A stretch of 64,000 bases of DNA from Raillietiella orientalis. Taxonomy: Eukaryota. The number at the start of each line of letters is the position of its first letter. The first letter of the stretch is position 1. The position numbers and the translations under genes are program-made. Shown here one piece after another: positions 12,319 through 25,911 of the stretch. Location of the stretch: the NCBI GenBank assembly GCA_036172245.1, contig JAYWIR010000011.1:930001-994000 (forward strand), in the 5' to 3' direction. The notes below the pieces were generated by a model. It did not search any database. It saw nothing but the letters and a program-made list of their open reading frames with translations, and was not told the origin of the DNA.

Positions 12319-14629
12319 TTAAAAAATTGGAATCGTCAGCGCGAACAGCTTCCAGGACTAATTAGGCTCCATCTCGAGCAGCGCTGTCAGCGAGAGGCGC
12401 GGCAGTTTCCAAGGAGGTGATCACAGCTCTGCGATGCTCGCTAGCGATAAAGATGCAAATTGATTCTTTCAATTAATGCTGCGTCGGTCATCATCTCGAA
12501 GCCGAACAAGAAGCGGGGGTCGAAGGCTTCCGATAACACCGGTAATCATTAAGATGGTTTCGATGGTCACGGTATACATCATTGCGAAAATAGTAGTTGG
12601 GCCATCTGCCAAAAAGGAAAAAGTCTTACGTTCGAAGTAGTAATTTTCGATGTTTGATGGGGAAATTTCTTCCGAGAGAGGAAAATAGAGACTTTTTCCC
12701 GGAAGCCTGTTCCACTTCGAGATCATCACTTCCAAGAGCTAAGAATCCAGACTACGAGGAAAGAAACTCCTTCGCTTGGGTTTCGAATCACTCGTGGTTT
12801 CCAAGGTTATTTCTGGAAAGAGCAGCTTCAGCTCCTCTGAGCTGTCGCAATCTCCGTCTTTCATGCCACTGTGGTCTCACATGTTCACGTGAAGTAAATT
12901 TTCGGGCATTTTTCCGTACGAATTCAACAGTGGGGGGTCCCCGTCTGCCCGTGCAAGAAACGCTCACTGCCATCATCACATCACCTGGCTGGAGGAGAAG
13001 CTCATAAGGGCGCTTTGTGTCGGAGAGGGATCCTGCAGCTTCCTTATCTTGGTGACGTCATACGGTGTCGTACCTGCTTATCTCTGTGAGGGAGTGACCA
13101 GAGGTCGAGTAACAATCCTGGAGCGCACGGTTCGTCCAGAGGATTTCAGGAGACCTACGAAGGAAACCTACAGCTGGAGGCATTCGAACACCAAAGCCAT
13201 TTTGACGATTTGCCACTTTGCGTGACGTCATACGAATGAACCAAAAGTTCATTCCGACCACCTGCTGATTTTTTTCATTTTGAACTTTATTATTAGCTTA
13301 TCAGAAAACGTCTTCGCTGCTGATGAAACTGCCTCATCCTTTTCCTCCATCTGCGCGGGTGCAGAAGCAGAAACGGAATGGAAGGGACGCACCACACGTT
13401 ACCACCTAACCTGCATCCCGTGCGAGCCGAATGTGGAAGGGCCACTGCGGACCGGATGTCCGGGCGGGGGGGGAGCTCGGCAAACGAAGAGTCACTGACG
13501 TAAATCCTAGATCTCCGCGCGCGAAGTTCAAGCTCCGTTCCCGAGAGACGGTCATCCGGTCAGTTTCGTCAGGAGAGAGCCGCGCATGGAGAGTGGGAGT
13601 CAGAGTTGCCGCCCGCGTGGCTGCGCCTTACTCACGGTGCGTGGCTCCAAGCTTCGCGAGCGCTCGAATACCCGTAAGGGATCGACGCGGAGAATTGGAG
13701 AGTCGTGGGTCCCCACGCAGGACTCTGGCTGACTCACCGGTTTCGGGTGTGGTACTAGGATGACACGCTTGCGCGCGCTGGAGGACGGATGCCTCCGTTG
13801 ACCAGCAGGAATCGACAGTGGACCTTCCAAGATCCCCTCCAGGACCCTGTTCTCTTCGGGGTTCCCTTTCAGCCGTGCGAATCGAGCCGAGCGTCCGCCT
13901 CAGAGGAACCCTCCCAAGCGTTCCATGGGGTTTCCTCTCCAGTGTGCTGTGCTCGCTCCCTTCGGGAAACCCTCCCGAGAAAATCGGAGACCCCCCCTTT
14001 CCGAGAAGGAACCGGGGTTCGTGCCAGGGAGAGATGTTCCCTCCCAGGAACAAGGAGGCGTTTTCGAACTCCGTCCTCAGAGCATCCCTGGCGCCATTAG
14101 GGTGGTGGCCCTTTCGGGGGTTCTCCGCGACTGAGCTGCACGCAACCCCTTTGAAGAGCCCCTGCGGCGGGGTCTCACAGCCTCTTCGGCGCGCTCGCGC
14201 GGGGGTGGACGGTTGTATTGCGAGGCGAAAGAGCGGAATGCGGAAGGAGAGCATCAGCAACCGGAGGAACCCCACCTCCAGACGATCGATCCCTGGGGGC
14301 GACTTATGGCTCCTTCGCGGCTTGGACTTCCGTCCAGGCCGTCGTTCCCGGCGTCGCCTGCTCGTGCTGGCCCTCGGCGACAGCATCGGGGCAGAAAAGC
14401 GTGGTGAAGCGAAAGAGGCCGAAGCGGAGGAGCTGCCTGCCGTTTTCGTCGCCAGAGGCGTGCCAGCTCGAATGAGCTCGGGCCCGGATTCCCGGCAGCT
14501 TTGGGAGATTTCGGACACGATGGGGGTTCCGTCCATGGGTAGGAAACATGAAGAAGAGGATGGTAGTGTGAGCGTGGGTCGTCCCAGCACTCCTGGGAGG
14601 ACGTGCAACGAGCGAGCCAAAAGGGATGT

Positions 14630-15100
14630 AGTAGAATGGCATGGTGAGAGGGAATCGCGAATAGTCTCGTCCCAACGTTTCTTGAACGCGCCAGAACTGA
14701 GCGACATTCATAAAAGGATCCTCGGATGCATCCTCAGCAAGACAGATAGATAAACAGCGACCCGTGGCGCCGGACAAACAGGAATGCTCAATAGGCCTCA
14801 GGTTGTTCTTGATCGATTGAGCACAAGGTCGTGTAATTTCAAAGCAGTGGCCCTTTGAGAACTGTCGTGGTTTGCTCGCCTTAATCTCCGCAAGGCCTGC
14901 AATCTTTCCAGATTCATTTCATTCCTTATCCTGCAAGTTCAGCCCTCCATTCCTGCCTTTATCTCAGCGGCGCTGCATGGATGTATTGCATGGATGGGCC
15001 TCTCTATTGTATCCTCCGAGTTCCAGATCTGCCCACGAACTCATCGGGAGCCTCCTCTTCAGGACGAAAATGCGCCTTCTCTGGGCAGTCTCTGTGCAGC
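14630..15100 (+). mobile_element. Decayed non-LTR RT fragment (domains 2-4)
   Basis: LSDIHKRILGCILSK, IEH, ARLNLRKAC (AWLDLxKAF-like) and IGSLLF occur in RT order. Confidence 0.4.
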
Positions 15101-16351
15101 CCTCAAATCCATCTGCGCGATGCCTCTTCCCCAGGAGAAGTTCCTTTCTTTCGCTCTTTTTAAAGCTGTGCCTCATCACATCTTCGCTCGATCTCATTTT
15201 TCATCCTTCCTGATCCCTTTGTCTCTCGTACCACAGGCGACCGCTGACACTTTGATTTCGTCTATTGTGCCAGAAAAAATCAAGGTGATTTTGATTCGAG
15301 GGAAGCAGGGAGTTCAGAGTCAATCAGGAGACTCAGTTTCCGACGGAGAAGCCACAAGCTCCACGTCTGGAACCATCCCATATTGCTAAATCTTCCGCCA
15401 AGTTTCGTCCGTTTAGTCACCGGGTCTGCTTTTATCGGAATGTATTTGCCAAAAGGAATTCTCTCAGCAGCTCCTACCTGAAGATGATCCCAAGGTTATC
15501 TCGCGACCGTCAGTTTCACACCTCAGATTAAAAAAAAAAAAAAAACGCAGCTGCACGGCTTTCCGAATCATCGTGCTCTATTTGTCATGGCGCACAAGGA
15601 GATAAAAGAAACTACCAAAGGATGCTGAAACTCTTTCTCCACGGCTTCCCGAACGACGATTTCCTTCAAGTGGAAGACACCTCCCTGTTCCTTCTGCTCC
15701 TGCGAGGTCACTGCCAATCTGCTTCGAGATCTCAGAAAGGCACGCGAAGAGTTCCGATTGAATTCAATCCGCACATTCGTCGCATTGGTTTGCGGACCTC
15801 AACATGAACAGGGAAGAGGAACGTTCGGGAAGTGGATCTGCGGGGAAGGAGGGTGTGTGTTGGATTCTCAATAGAACTTGCACTAGACAACTGGTCAAGA
15901 AGTGCAACTCTCCGAACGAGGGCAGCGCACGCGTGGCTGCATGCCAGCCAGCCCGCCGACTTCCGTGGCAACGTGATTTACCAAAAGACCGACAAGTTTG
16001 CAACAGACGGTTCGAGACTTCGTGAGATCCGGACGTGCAGAAATTGCGGAAGAAACGACTTCAGGCGCGCCACGAACGCCTGAACATCCAGGGACTTCCA
16101 CTCCCGCTGCGGTCGAGGGAAAGAGGGAAGGCAACCGGCCGAACCAAGGTGAGTTTTTCCCCCGGTCACCCTGGGGCGCTCTCCCAAAAGAATTATGCCC
16201 AAAGTTTGGATGATGCCGCTACCATCCAACAGGTCTGCCTCTTTCGCGGTGGCTGGAGAACGATGCTGACTGAGAGTAGCCTGGCCAAACGACTGCAACA
16301 CACTAAGTTGTCCTTGTTGTGCTAAAAGAGTTTTTCATTCGGTCACCCTGC

Positions 16352-17416
16352 GACGCTCATCCAAGAGAAGTACACAAACAGCTAGGGAACGGCGTTCCCT
16401 AGCTGCTTATTACACGAGAAAAAGACGGGTTTCAAGGACAGGGCCCGCCGACATGTAGGTCGGCAGCTCCCAGAGTCCGGAACGCGTGGGAGGGGACAGA
16501 AAAACAATCAAGGGCAAGGTGGGAACAGGGCTCAGCCGTTCCTTCCTTGAAGAACCGGCGCAGGACGACGGTCATCGCCGCCTCGACTCCTTGTTTCCGG
16601 TAAGGCAACCGTCCTCATCACGAATGCGGCTGCCGTAGCGGCTCGAGCACGTGGAGGGCGCCCGGCGATAGTGCGCGTACAGCATCCCGTCGCGGTCACG
16701 GCGCCTGCGCAAACGATCGGCCCGCGGCCAGTTCTTGCGCACCGTTCGCGGAGAGCTGCTCAGTGCAAATGGGAACGATTCCATCGTCCCGCAACCCCGG
16801 GAACAAATCGGCGATGCCAGTCGTGCGGAAACGAGTAGCCAAAGCTGATTGTACGGGAACAGCAGCGCGCCCCGTTTGGACGCCGAAGCGTCCAAAGAAG
16901 GGCCCACTCTTTCCTCGGGAACGACGCCGAAAACGTTTCCCTCCCACCGAGGAGGAAGCCCCCCGGCCGGACGATGGGTCGCTTGCCAGCCCGTGCGCCT
17001 TGCGGCCGGCGAGGAGTTTGGTGTCTCCTGCATGGGTGCGCGAGATTCTCCCACCGTCCGCCGGTGGGCCGGTGCTACTGTCGTCATTGACCCTTCGCGA
17101 AGGCAGCGCCGCGGTCAGGGTTGCGGCGGCCAGGTGCAACCACCTCGCCTTGTCCTGTAGGGCATCTCCGACCGGGTTGCGTTCACAGAAGACGGGGTGT
17201 GGCAAGGGGAGTCGGCGGTTGACAAGGCAGCGGCGACGGCTGCGCTCGGTGGCGCCGCTTTCGGCGCGGCGGCGCCGAAGAAATTCGCCTCACGCGCGGC
17301 ACGAGCGTGTCGGACGTGGGTGGACGTCGTCGTCCGTGAGGACTCTTTGCCTGTTCGACGGGAAGGACCGCAGTTTGGCCGCCTCGGGGTTGCTTGGAGA
17401 GGCGCGGGTGCAGGCG
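16352..17416. repeat. 1.07-kb duplicated segment, copy 2
   Basis: Direct copy of 9594-10658 with a sharp right breakpoint after GGGTGCAGGCG. Confidence 0.97.
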
Positions 17417-19369
17417 TCGGTACCTTCACCTACAGCGCTGGAAGTCTTCCGCAATAGCGCTGGAAGAAACAAGGAAAAAGCCTTGCCTTCTCCAGCGCTG
17501 TTGTCCTCCGAATCAGTGAAGACTTTCATCGCAGTTTGGCTGGGACCTTGGGATCGGACGAGCTGAGAAGCACTGGGAGAACTGAGGGGATCCCGAGGAG
17601 GAGAGCGATGCTCACGGGGAAGGGAACGGTGCGTGGAAATGCCCCGTATTCCCAGGCTGGCTGGCGGGAAGCGCCGCATGTCCGTCGAGGACTGCGTCCT
17701 CGTCGTGAAGACGAATTGGAGGAAGCTGCTCGACCCTGCCGCGAGGCTGGCGACAGTCTCCTGTCTTCGCCTGCTCACATCTCCCTATTTAGCGGAAGCG
17801 TAGGCACGGAATGGGAACAACATCCATGGAGTGTGTCGCCAACTCTGAACATCGCAGATGAGATCAGGCCTTTCGACATTTTTAGGCGTTAAACGATGTT
17901 TGTTTCGGTTGCCGAACGTGTTGTCGGTGTTGAAAGTGAAAAATCTGAGTTGTACAAAATTGGCTGCACTCTCTTCGTGGCTTGAAGCAGCCGTTTTCGC
18001 AACGGACCAAGACGCACCTGTGCTCACCACCAGGCTTAACGTGGGCGCTTCATCGCAGCTTTCCAACCAAATGCTTGGCCTAACGACCAGCAATTCACCG
18101 ATTTTTCCGTTTTGAGGACTCGGTTCTTGCTTCACCCCTCGATTAGTGCTGGGAGGTTGTCAGGTTCTTTCGGATTTCCCCCATTTGTGCGTCTTGAAAT
18201 TCGTACGTGTTCACCTTGCGTTTCTTCCCTGCATCCGGATGCTAATTAATTCAGTTGTTGCTCAGATGAAGATATATGGGAATGTACTTCTGGAAACGCT
18301 TTCCGATGCACTTCCTAGAGTCAAATGAACTCTTCCGAGAGGGCCGACACGTGTGCTCACGTTCGGGGTAGATGAGCGAAAAGGGGAGGCGAATTCGTTA
18401 AGCGAAAGCACGTGCATATCCTCCGCGTTGTCGACGAAGCGGTGCAATCATTCCAGCTTCCTCCCTTACCTACCAGCCATCGGGAAAAGCAAAATTCTCA
18501 TGATTTATTGCCCACGTAATTCATCAGCTTTCCATAACAACTGCATTTTGTGATAAATGCGCTACCATCTTTGCTGTGTGACGAGGATTATTAACTGTGA
18601 TCATTGCTGGCTGCGTTCAGTGTTCACATCAACCAGTGTTTCGAAGGTGCTGTTCCCTGTAATCTCAGAATGGATGGCTTTGCTACTGCTGCTGCTGCTG
18701 CTCCGAACTGAGATTCTGGGGCGACTGGAACCTGCACGACCTTGCTGCTTCAGAGTGAAGGCGACAGTGGCCACTTTTTGCTGAACACGCAAAAAGTGGA
18801 AAGCAGCAGTCATTCATTGCAACGGGAGGTGGAGTTTTCCAGAGGAAGCAAGGAAGGGTTCCATCCCGGAAGAGTGCCCGAGAGCTTTCGGGTGACGATA
18901 AGCTGTTTCTATTCTATACGCGTGGCGAATCTTCATGCGCGGTAGGTTTTGAGAGGCGCAGCGAGCTACACGGACCACAGGGCGATTGAGCCAAAGGGCA
19001 ACTGCAAGCCAGTTTGCTAGAACGGGAGGAAGGAGCTGCTGTGAGAGAAGGAGTTGCGGAACTCCTTCAAGACTTCTTGACGCGCGACGCTCTGATTCAA
19101 CGGTGCCTGGTGGTGCAGAACAAACCACCACTTTCAGAATCGGAAGTCGCCTTTCCCGGGAATAGCATCGAAAATTGTTCTTTTTATGATGGGCAGATGT
19201 TCAGACACAGCTGGCAGTATCGGGGAGCTTCCTGACTGAGGTCCTAGCAACCACCAACGAGCTACCCTTCAGAACTAAGGGGTCCATTCTCGGATATTCT
19301 CTGCGCCAAACTCACTACAGAAAAAGAAGGGACGATGAATCTGAGCGATTGCACCGGCCTTCCGCCCAG

Positions 19370-19900
19370 TGTGTTACTTGCGGGGACCACCCAAGTTTTT
19401 TTCGGACTATCGGTTCAGCTACACGGGGATGCTGAGTCTGACACCCATCCGAGCCCCGATGGAGATCGATGCTGCCGTCGGTTCTCGGAATGGACGCCAC
19501 CCTAAATCTTTGCAAGTGACACCTCCAATTCTTCACCAGAAGGAGGAACACCTTCAGCGACTGGAGTAGGAAGGCAGGGAACGGACGGCTTGTGGTTGTC
19601 GCGTTTCTGGACTCGTTCAAGAGGAAGAGGGAGCGGCGCCATCATAATCCTGGACTCGTGCCGATTATTTACGAGAGCAACAGCAGCGTTCAAGAAGGTA
19701 GACAGTTCAAGGCTTCAGGAAGCGAGGAAATCAGCTGAACAAGATGATGGTGTCGTACGTCCAACCCAGCCGGGACATCAGCTAGGAAGCTCGGACATCC
19801 TCTTGATGACCGAGAGCGGACATGCATGGCTGAACGCTTCAGAAGAAGACCAATTTCGGATCCGCGCGATGCAGAAGCTCGAGCAACTGGTTGTAGGGGT
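19370..19900 (+). mobile_element. Decayed RLE-type retrotransposon C-terminal region
   Basis: YLRGPPKFFSDYRFSYTGMLSLTPI (FxDxRF...LxLxP motif), then AIIILD...F...AF...EARK, then GHAW...LEQLVV. Confidence 0.55.
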
Positions 19901-21009
19901 GGAGCTGCCCGACAAAGCTCCTTCACTCCGACAAGCGACAGCTTCTCCGTTCTTAACCACGCTTCGTCGAGCAGGCACCTCCCCAGCAAGAACAGAGCTA
20001 AATAAACCAACAGAGTGGTGGAAAAGCCACTTGCATTTATTTCTGCGACTTCGACATCGTGTAATGGACTTTGGGACTGGTCCTCCAGTAAAAGAGACGC
20101 GCTTGCGTCGATTAGCACTTTCCAGAAGAACACTGTGTTTTGCCCTTTCCTGGAGCCTTGGAGAAATCCTTAACGCAAAGACACGGATTGCTTGCAGACG
20201 AGGCACGAGCTTACCAGTTCGGCGCGTTTCGGTGGTCAGGTCGAAGGAGAGCAACGGTGAGGACCAGCTACGGTAGGGGGCGATTTTCGACCGCGATTGT
20301 ACTTTCCGGATGCATTTGGCAGGTCACTAGTCGAACTAGCGACCACATTCGAAAAGCACTGGTCGACAAGGCGGAGGTCGAAGGATAGCTCCGACTTCCG
20401 GATTCCTTCCTTCTTGCTGACTGAGCAGGTGACACGAAGAAGAAGGAAACGTCGGGACAACGCGAGCGGGAAGAAGGCGGTACAGGATATGTTGTAGTCT
20501 GTGCGAGGTGGGAGGGACGCGGATGTGAAGTAAACGAAGCTCTTCCCCCTTGGGGATTTGAACGCACGTCAGGAGTCCCTAGAGGCGGGAAACACCCACA
20601 GCTGTCCGGATCCCCTTCAAATGGAGGAAGAACACGAACGCTCTCCTGTCGCTTTCCTGGTTTCGGCAAGGTGATCGTCATCAAGTCGAAAGTTGTTTCG
20701 GTGAATGTCAACGTCGTGGTTCAGAGCGGCTTCCTCCTTACTGTGCGGCTCGGGGACTTCCTGGAGAGGAAGGGTAAACTTGCAGCTTGTCATCCTGTCA
20801 GTGCGAAGTGTCTGATTGCAGCAGCAACCGGGTGCGCAGATTGCATGCTCGTCCTCCCCCTTCCAGTGTGCATGCCTCTCGCTTTCCCCGGGAGATAGGA
20901 TCGATATTCCATCCGGAACTTGCCAGGACTGCCAAGGACACTTCGCACGCATTTGGTCCACGCGATTCAGCCAGCTGCTGAGGACGGTGAAGCAGTCCTG
21001 GTCATGTCA

Positions 21010-21860
21010 GAACTTCCACGTCACTACTAGCGCAGGCGGAAGTCGCCACCGTCGGCGATCATGCAACAAGACAGCACGGCGGCCTGTCCCGCGGCGTAGA
21101 CGCGGTTGCGGGGCTCCAGGGAGACGACCACCGGAGGAGGGAAGGGACCAAAGTCCCCGCGCCGGTCGATGAAGATGTCCAAGAAGACCCGCGCCTGCAT
21201 GGCGCACTGGGACTAAATGCAACACACATGTAGTAGCCGCCGTCTCCCTTGGGTCCACTGCGGACGGTCAGCGAACCAGGCGAGTCCACGGCGAAGCGTC
21301 CGGGGGGCTGCTCGGGCTGCGGCACTGAGAACGCTCCCTCTTTCGACCAGAAGGGAAGCGACGCGAAGTGGCCGTCGACGGTGCAGGAGAAGGAACGTGT
21401 CGCCGTTGATGCGGACGCGCTGAGACGTCGGTCGGACGAAGAAGGAAGGCAGCACGACGAGCCTGGCCAAGACTGACCGCGTGACCCAAGTGGTTGCGCG
21501 CCTCTCACACGTACGCGCCTTCGCCCTCGACCGCCTCCACATCCTGCATCGACCGGATGAAGAACAGCTTCACGTGAGCGTTGAGGACCGCCACCGAAGT
21601 CCCCCTGCTGCCAGTCGAATTTCGCCAGACACTCGTAGAGACCCTCGTCGGCCTTGGTCACTCCGGAGATCAGCAAGCTGTTGCAGTTCACCGAGCGCAA
21701 CCTGGGGTCGACCTCCAGGTCCAGGGTCTGGCTGTACCGCATCCACCGCACCTTCGGCTCGGGAAACTCGCGAAGGGCGCGCACGCCAATATGGTGTCCT
21801 CGCTCTGGAGGAAGTGCATTTTCTCCAGGACGCTCCGGAAGCCACTCCAGCTGGTTGATC
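21010..21860 (-). pseudogene. robo: Roundabout-like Ig2-Ig5 pseudogene fragment
   Basis: FPEPKVRW...SLLISGVTKADEGLYECLA (Ig2); PSFFVRPTSQRVRING...SFSC..G...FWSKEG...GRFAVDSPGSLTV...DGGYYMCVAFS (Robo Ig4-like); PPPVVVSLEPRN...AVLSC (Ig5 start). Several frameshifts and a stop. Confidence 0.75.
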
Positions 21861-23049
21861 GCGGGACTGCGTTTTACCGCCAGTGCTTCTTCCGGTGCTT
21901 CGTCCTGGGAGTCGCAGTGGCTCCCTTCCCCAGAGCCGTTTTCTGTGGCCGGCGAGGAGGAAGGCGAAGAGAGAGCACCCCTCCCCCTCCTTGAGAGACC
22001 ACCACCGCCAATAAAGAGGGAGGAGGTTCAGGAGGTAGGAATCACGCTCCATCCTTTTCGGACCCTCGAAAAAGAAAAAAATCTTTCTCTCGAGCTCTGC
22101 GAACTCGGAAAGAAAGAAGACTAAAGAGAGATGGACGGTGAGGAAGACTTTGGAGGACTGCGGAGTCATCCAGGTGGAATGTAGAAAATCAGCAAAATTT
22201 CTTCTGGGGGTAAAGCGTTACCTCGTGACAAATACCCACCAGTGAAATCCATCTTTTTATTCTTTTTTTCTCATCCTGGGCAAAGATAACATCCCATTAC
22301 TTGACTGCTTACCGGGTTAGGGAAACTGGAAATACCTTTCTAGGATTTCGGGAAGTTTGGCGTGAAGATCTCATCAGAGGATGCCTCTTCGGATACGCGG
22401 AGTTCATTTGATGAATGGGGAATCACATCGCTTCCCGATTAAGGACTTTTCAGAGCAGCGTAAGGGGGGAACGAAGCAGCACGTCATTACCCCGGTAGAC
22501 CTCGCCGCGAGGCTGGGGGTCATCGTCATTAACTGGAGGACGACGCTCGCCTTTCCGGAGAGGCTGAGCGTCGCGCGTTGCAAACGCTCAGCCTTTCCTC
22601 CATCCTCCGTCCCGGAAGCTCCTTTTCCGAGACGACCCCCCTCTGCCCCCGGCTCTTCTGCGCATTCGGAGACGAGGAACCCTCTCCTGCGAGCGCATCT
22701 CCACTCCCTCGGTTGGAACCCAGACTCAAGGTCGGCTCCACGATCATCGGCGAGATGATTCGGGATGTAAGCCGCCTGCCTACGAGAGCCGACGGAAAAT
22801 TCGGTGAGCTGGAAACGACGACTATGGATGCGAAAGGCACTTCTGCTGCCTGCACGGGATACTTTTCTGGAAAGTTCGAACCGCACCCGCTGGACCGGAA
22901 GAAGCATCAGAGCTGGCAAGGAACGCGCGTGCGAATGAGGAGCAAGCCTCCAGGAGCGGAGGGAGCTCGCGTTGAGGCTGGTTCCCTCAGATGAGCCGCC
23001 AATGGAGAACAGGTTCCCGGCTTCGGAGATGAGGAATGCTCGCACGTGT

Positions 23050-23600
23050 CGAGGATCCAGGCGATGCGCTTCGTCGAGTCTCGTAGCGCGGGAGCCACTG
23101 GCAATGCATCAGCGGCATCCTTTATTCCGAGGGCGTCGGTGTCGTGGCCGAACGCTGATAGCCTGTTCAAGGTCCTAACGGGGGAAAGCTCCCAACGAAG
23201 TGGGGCCTTGAAGGAGGCTGCGGAGAAGGTTCAGCCCCGGAAGGCGAGTCGGAAGGGTAATGTCCAAGACGCCGCTCCAGCAGCTGACCTACACGAACGA
23301 GCAGGGCGAGATGCTCAAGGAGGAGGCGCGCTGGCAGACCGGCGACAGAAGAGGCCGGGCACCGCTGCGGTTCGTCTTGCAGGAGAAGAAGCTGGGAATC
23401 TTCTCATCTGGGACGTGCCGGATGAAGAATTTCTTTTCTTCCTGCCGCTCCTCCTGGCAGTGGCAGAAAGAAATTCGTCGATGCTGCCTGCCTGCTCGCC
23501 TGCTACGAAAATTTTCGAGGTGCTGCTCAGACAAATCTGTGGAAAACGGTCACCTGGCGCATTGCGACCCGCGCAGCACCTCGAGAAGCACCCCTCCCGT
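23050..23600 (+). mobile_element. Decayed RLE-type retrotransposon linker fragment
   Basis: ADSLFKVLT (VDSAFKLLT-like), RR..PLRFVLQE and QICGK. Confidence 0.35.
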
Positions 23601-24599
23601 GAGCGCAATTCCCGTGGGCAGGCGCCGGAAGAAAGAGATTCTTCTGAGCCGATTCTGGAAGTCAGCAAACCTGCAAACCTTTCCATTTTGCAAGGGCCAA
23701 GAGGGCTAAGGGGGGTTGACTGGGCAAAGATGGAACTGGCCATTTTTTCGTATGAGGTGAAGTCGGGGAAGGGACACAGACCGGGAGATCATGCTGGGAG
23801 TCGTGGCAAAAGTGATGCTTACTAAACGAAGAATGATGGTTCTGGCGAAGGCCGTACGGGAGCAGTCAGTGCATGGGTTGTTGAATGTGAGATGAAGTCG
23901 GTCTGCTTGCATTGAAGTTATTACACTTTATTGCTATTTTTCGATCCGAAGTCCCATCTGTCCCATCATTCCATCACGACGGTGAGCTATTATTGATCGA
24001 TGGAATCCCTAGGGCTGATCGAGTTGAATACGCAGCGAACCGCGGTTCGTGCTATAGATTTCTGAGCTCTGGTCGCCTAGCAAGTGCTTACCAGCTGTCG
24101 ATCTTCACCTGGTATTCCTTTTCGTTTCCTTCTCTTTTCCCTTGTATTTTTTTCGTTTTTTTTCTGAGGAAGCTGGCTGTACACAACCATCTTTTTGTGT
24201 CGTTGTTGTTGCAGCCATTTCTTTCGAGAGAATTTCCGGTCAGTTGACCTCCCTCTCGACTTTCCTCCGCAAAAATCCCAACTTTCCTCTTGTCGACCTG
24301 CTTTCTTCCGCAGAGACCCGCAGTGAACAAACATGCTGGAGCGCCTGGCCCGAGAGGAAGTCGATGCTCGCCTGCACCCGCAGCGCACGTGTGTGTGTCA
24401 TCAAGGGTGGCGGAGCGAGCACGCGGAAGAAGGCAGCGTCCGAGAACGGGGCGTGGATTCTCAGGACAAGAGAACACACCCGGAGGACGGAAGGAAGAAT
24501 ACCGAAAAATTTGGGGAATGATTCCATTTGAGAGAACATCTGCTGGTTTGCTTGCTGGGGAAAAGGGGGAGGAGAAGGGAAGGGGGGTGACGCGAGTAT

Positions 24600-25030
24600 T
24601 TATCGGAGTCCCCTTCTTGATAAATTCCCGCTGTCCCACGTATGTGAGCTCAGCAATGTCTGGAGGAAGCACGAGAGGCGATTCCTAGGCACTTCCGAGG
24701 TTTTCCTTTTCCAGCAAGAGGGAAGAAGCAAGGAGAAAAGTCTGGAAGTGAGGATCCGGAGGTGAAGAGGGCTGTAGTACACGCACGCACGGGGCCACGT
24801 CGTGGTATGTGAAAAGGATGCCAATCTTTTCCTGAAATTCTCGGTCGGGTGCGACGTGAACTCCCAGCCAAAGTGGATTTCGCGGGCCGTCATCGGCATA
24901 TCCTGCGAAGGGATGAAGATAGGCAGAGGGCTCCAGAACGTTGCAGCAGGATTTCGTGATGGAGCTCGTTCTTCTGAGCTCAGCAAGATAGCGGGAGATG
25001 GAACCCGTTCAAGAAGCATCAAATGAAAGG
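24600..25030 (-). mobile_element. Decayed non-LTR RT fragment with YADD
   Basis: Minus strand reads FAGYADDG...EKIGILF. Upstream is VPSPAILL (PLSP-like) and downstream is LTYVG (YLG-like). Confidence 0.5.
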
Positions 25031-25252
25031 CATCACGTCGCAGGAAACGAGTTCAGTTCAAGCCACAGGTTCCGTCCAGGAGATCAGTCGGCAACGCTTT
25101 CGGCCGGTCCCAACTTTTCACTGCTTCTCCTCACCCAGTTGCATCAGAAAAACTCTTGAGGATGCTGCGGAGATTTGCGCTGGCCCGCGGTTCGGCACCT
25201 TTGCGCAGGAGACGCAGCTGCCAATGAGGACTTGTGCTCTCTGCAGGGTCAT

Positions 25253-25319
25253 CGCGCGCACTTTCCCCGTACTTCGCGCACCGTACTTCCCCGTAGCTTC
25301 CTTCCGTACTTCGCGCACT
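25253..25319. repeat. Short scrambled repeat of CCGTACTTC / CGCGCAC
   Basis: Four CCGTA(G)CTTC words and three CGCGCAC words in about 65 nt. Confidence 0.7.
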
Positions 25320-25911
25320 GCCATTCCGAATCTTCCCTACCTTTCTCTCTCACCTCATCTGTCTTATCACTTTGATTCTTGAGAAATTCCTTCTACAGTT
25401 TCCAAAATCAGGAGGCTATGGAAACTGAGACCGTTCCTGAAGAAAGTCCAACGTTTCCTCTCCTCCCGGTAACCAGAGTAGGCGGAGTACTGCCCTTTGG
25501 GGAACCTATCTAGGTGAGATGATTCGAGGTTTCAAGTGGTTTTTCATCGTTTCCATCCTACACGTGCCTTTTTCGTCCTCCAGCAGATGCTAGGGATTGG
25601 TTTTTAGCAGCTCATCTCCCAGATATGTGGATTCCCATCCACGTGATGAATGAGACGCCATCGAGTAGCCGGGAAAAGGTGTCCTGCTTTGTTTAGGGCT
25701 CCTGATACCTCTTTAGCCTCGAGAGGCACGCGAACGACGGGAGAAGCAGCACCCTTCTTGAGCATTTCTGGACAAGGGTAGGTTCGTCCAAACGGAGGAC
25801 TCGAGCGTGCTCGTGAAGATGCTCTTGGAGACAACGGAGAGAGGAGGGTTGTGTGCTGGAGTCTCCGCAGATCCCGCGAATGGTTTTCTTCGCTATCCTG
25901 CGGCTCCAGCG

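Noticed and set aside
13758..13769. AGGATGACACGC match to U6 snRNA
   Set aside because: Only 12 nt with no flanking similarity.
13628..14753. Overlapping 359-aa and 311-aa ORFs
   Set aside because: Arg/Ser/Pro-rich frames open on both strands in GC-rich DNA, with no domain except RT-like scraps at the far end.
22344..22378. CTGATGA...GAAA hammerhead-like core on the minus strand
   Set aside because: Stem II does not pair.
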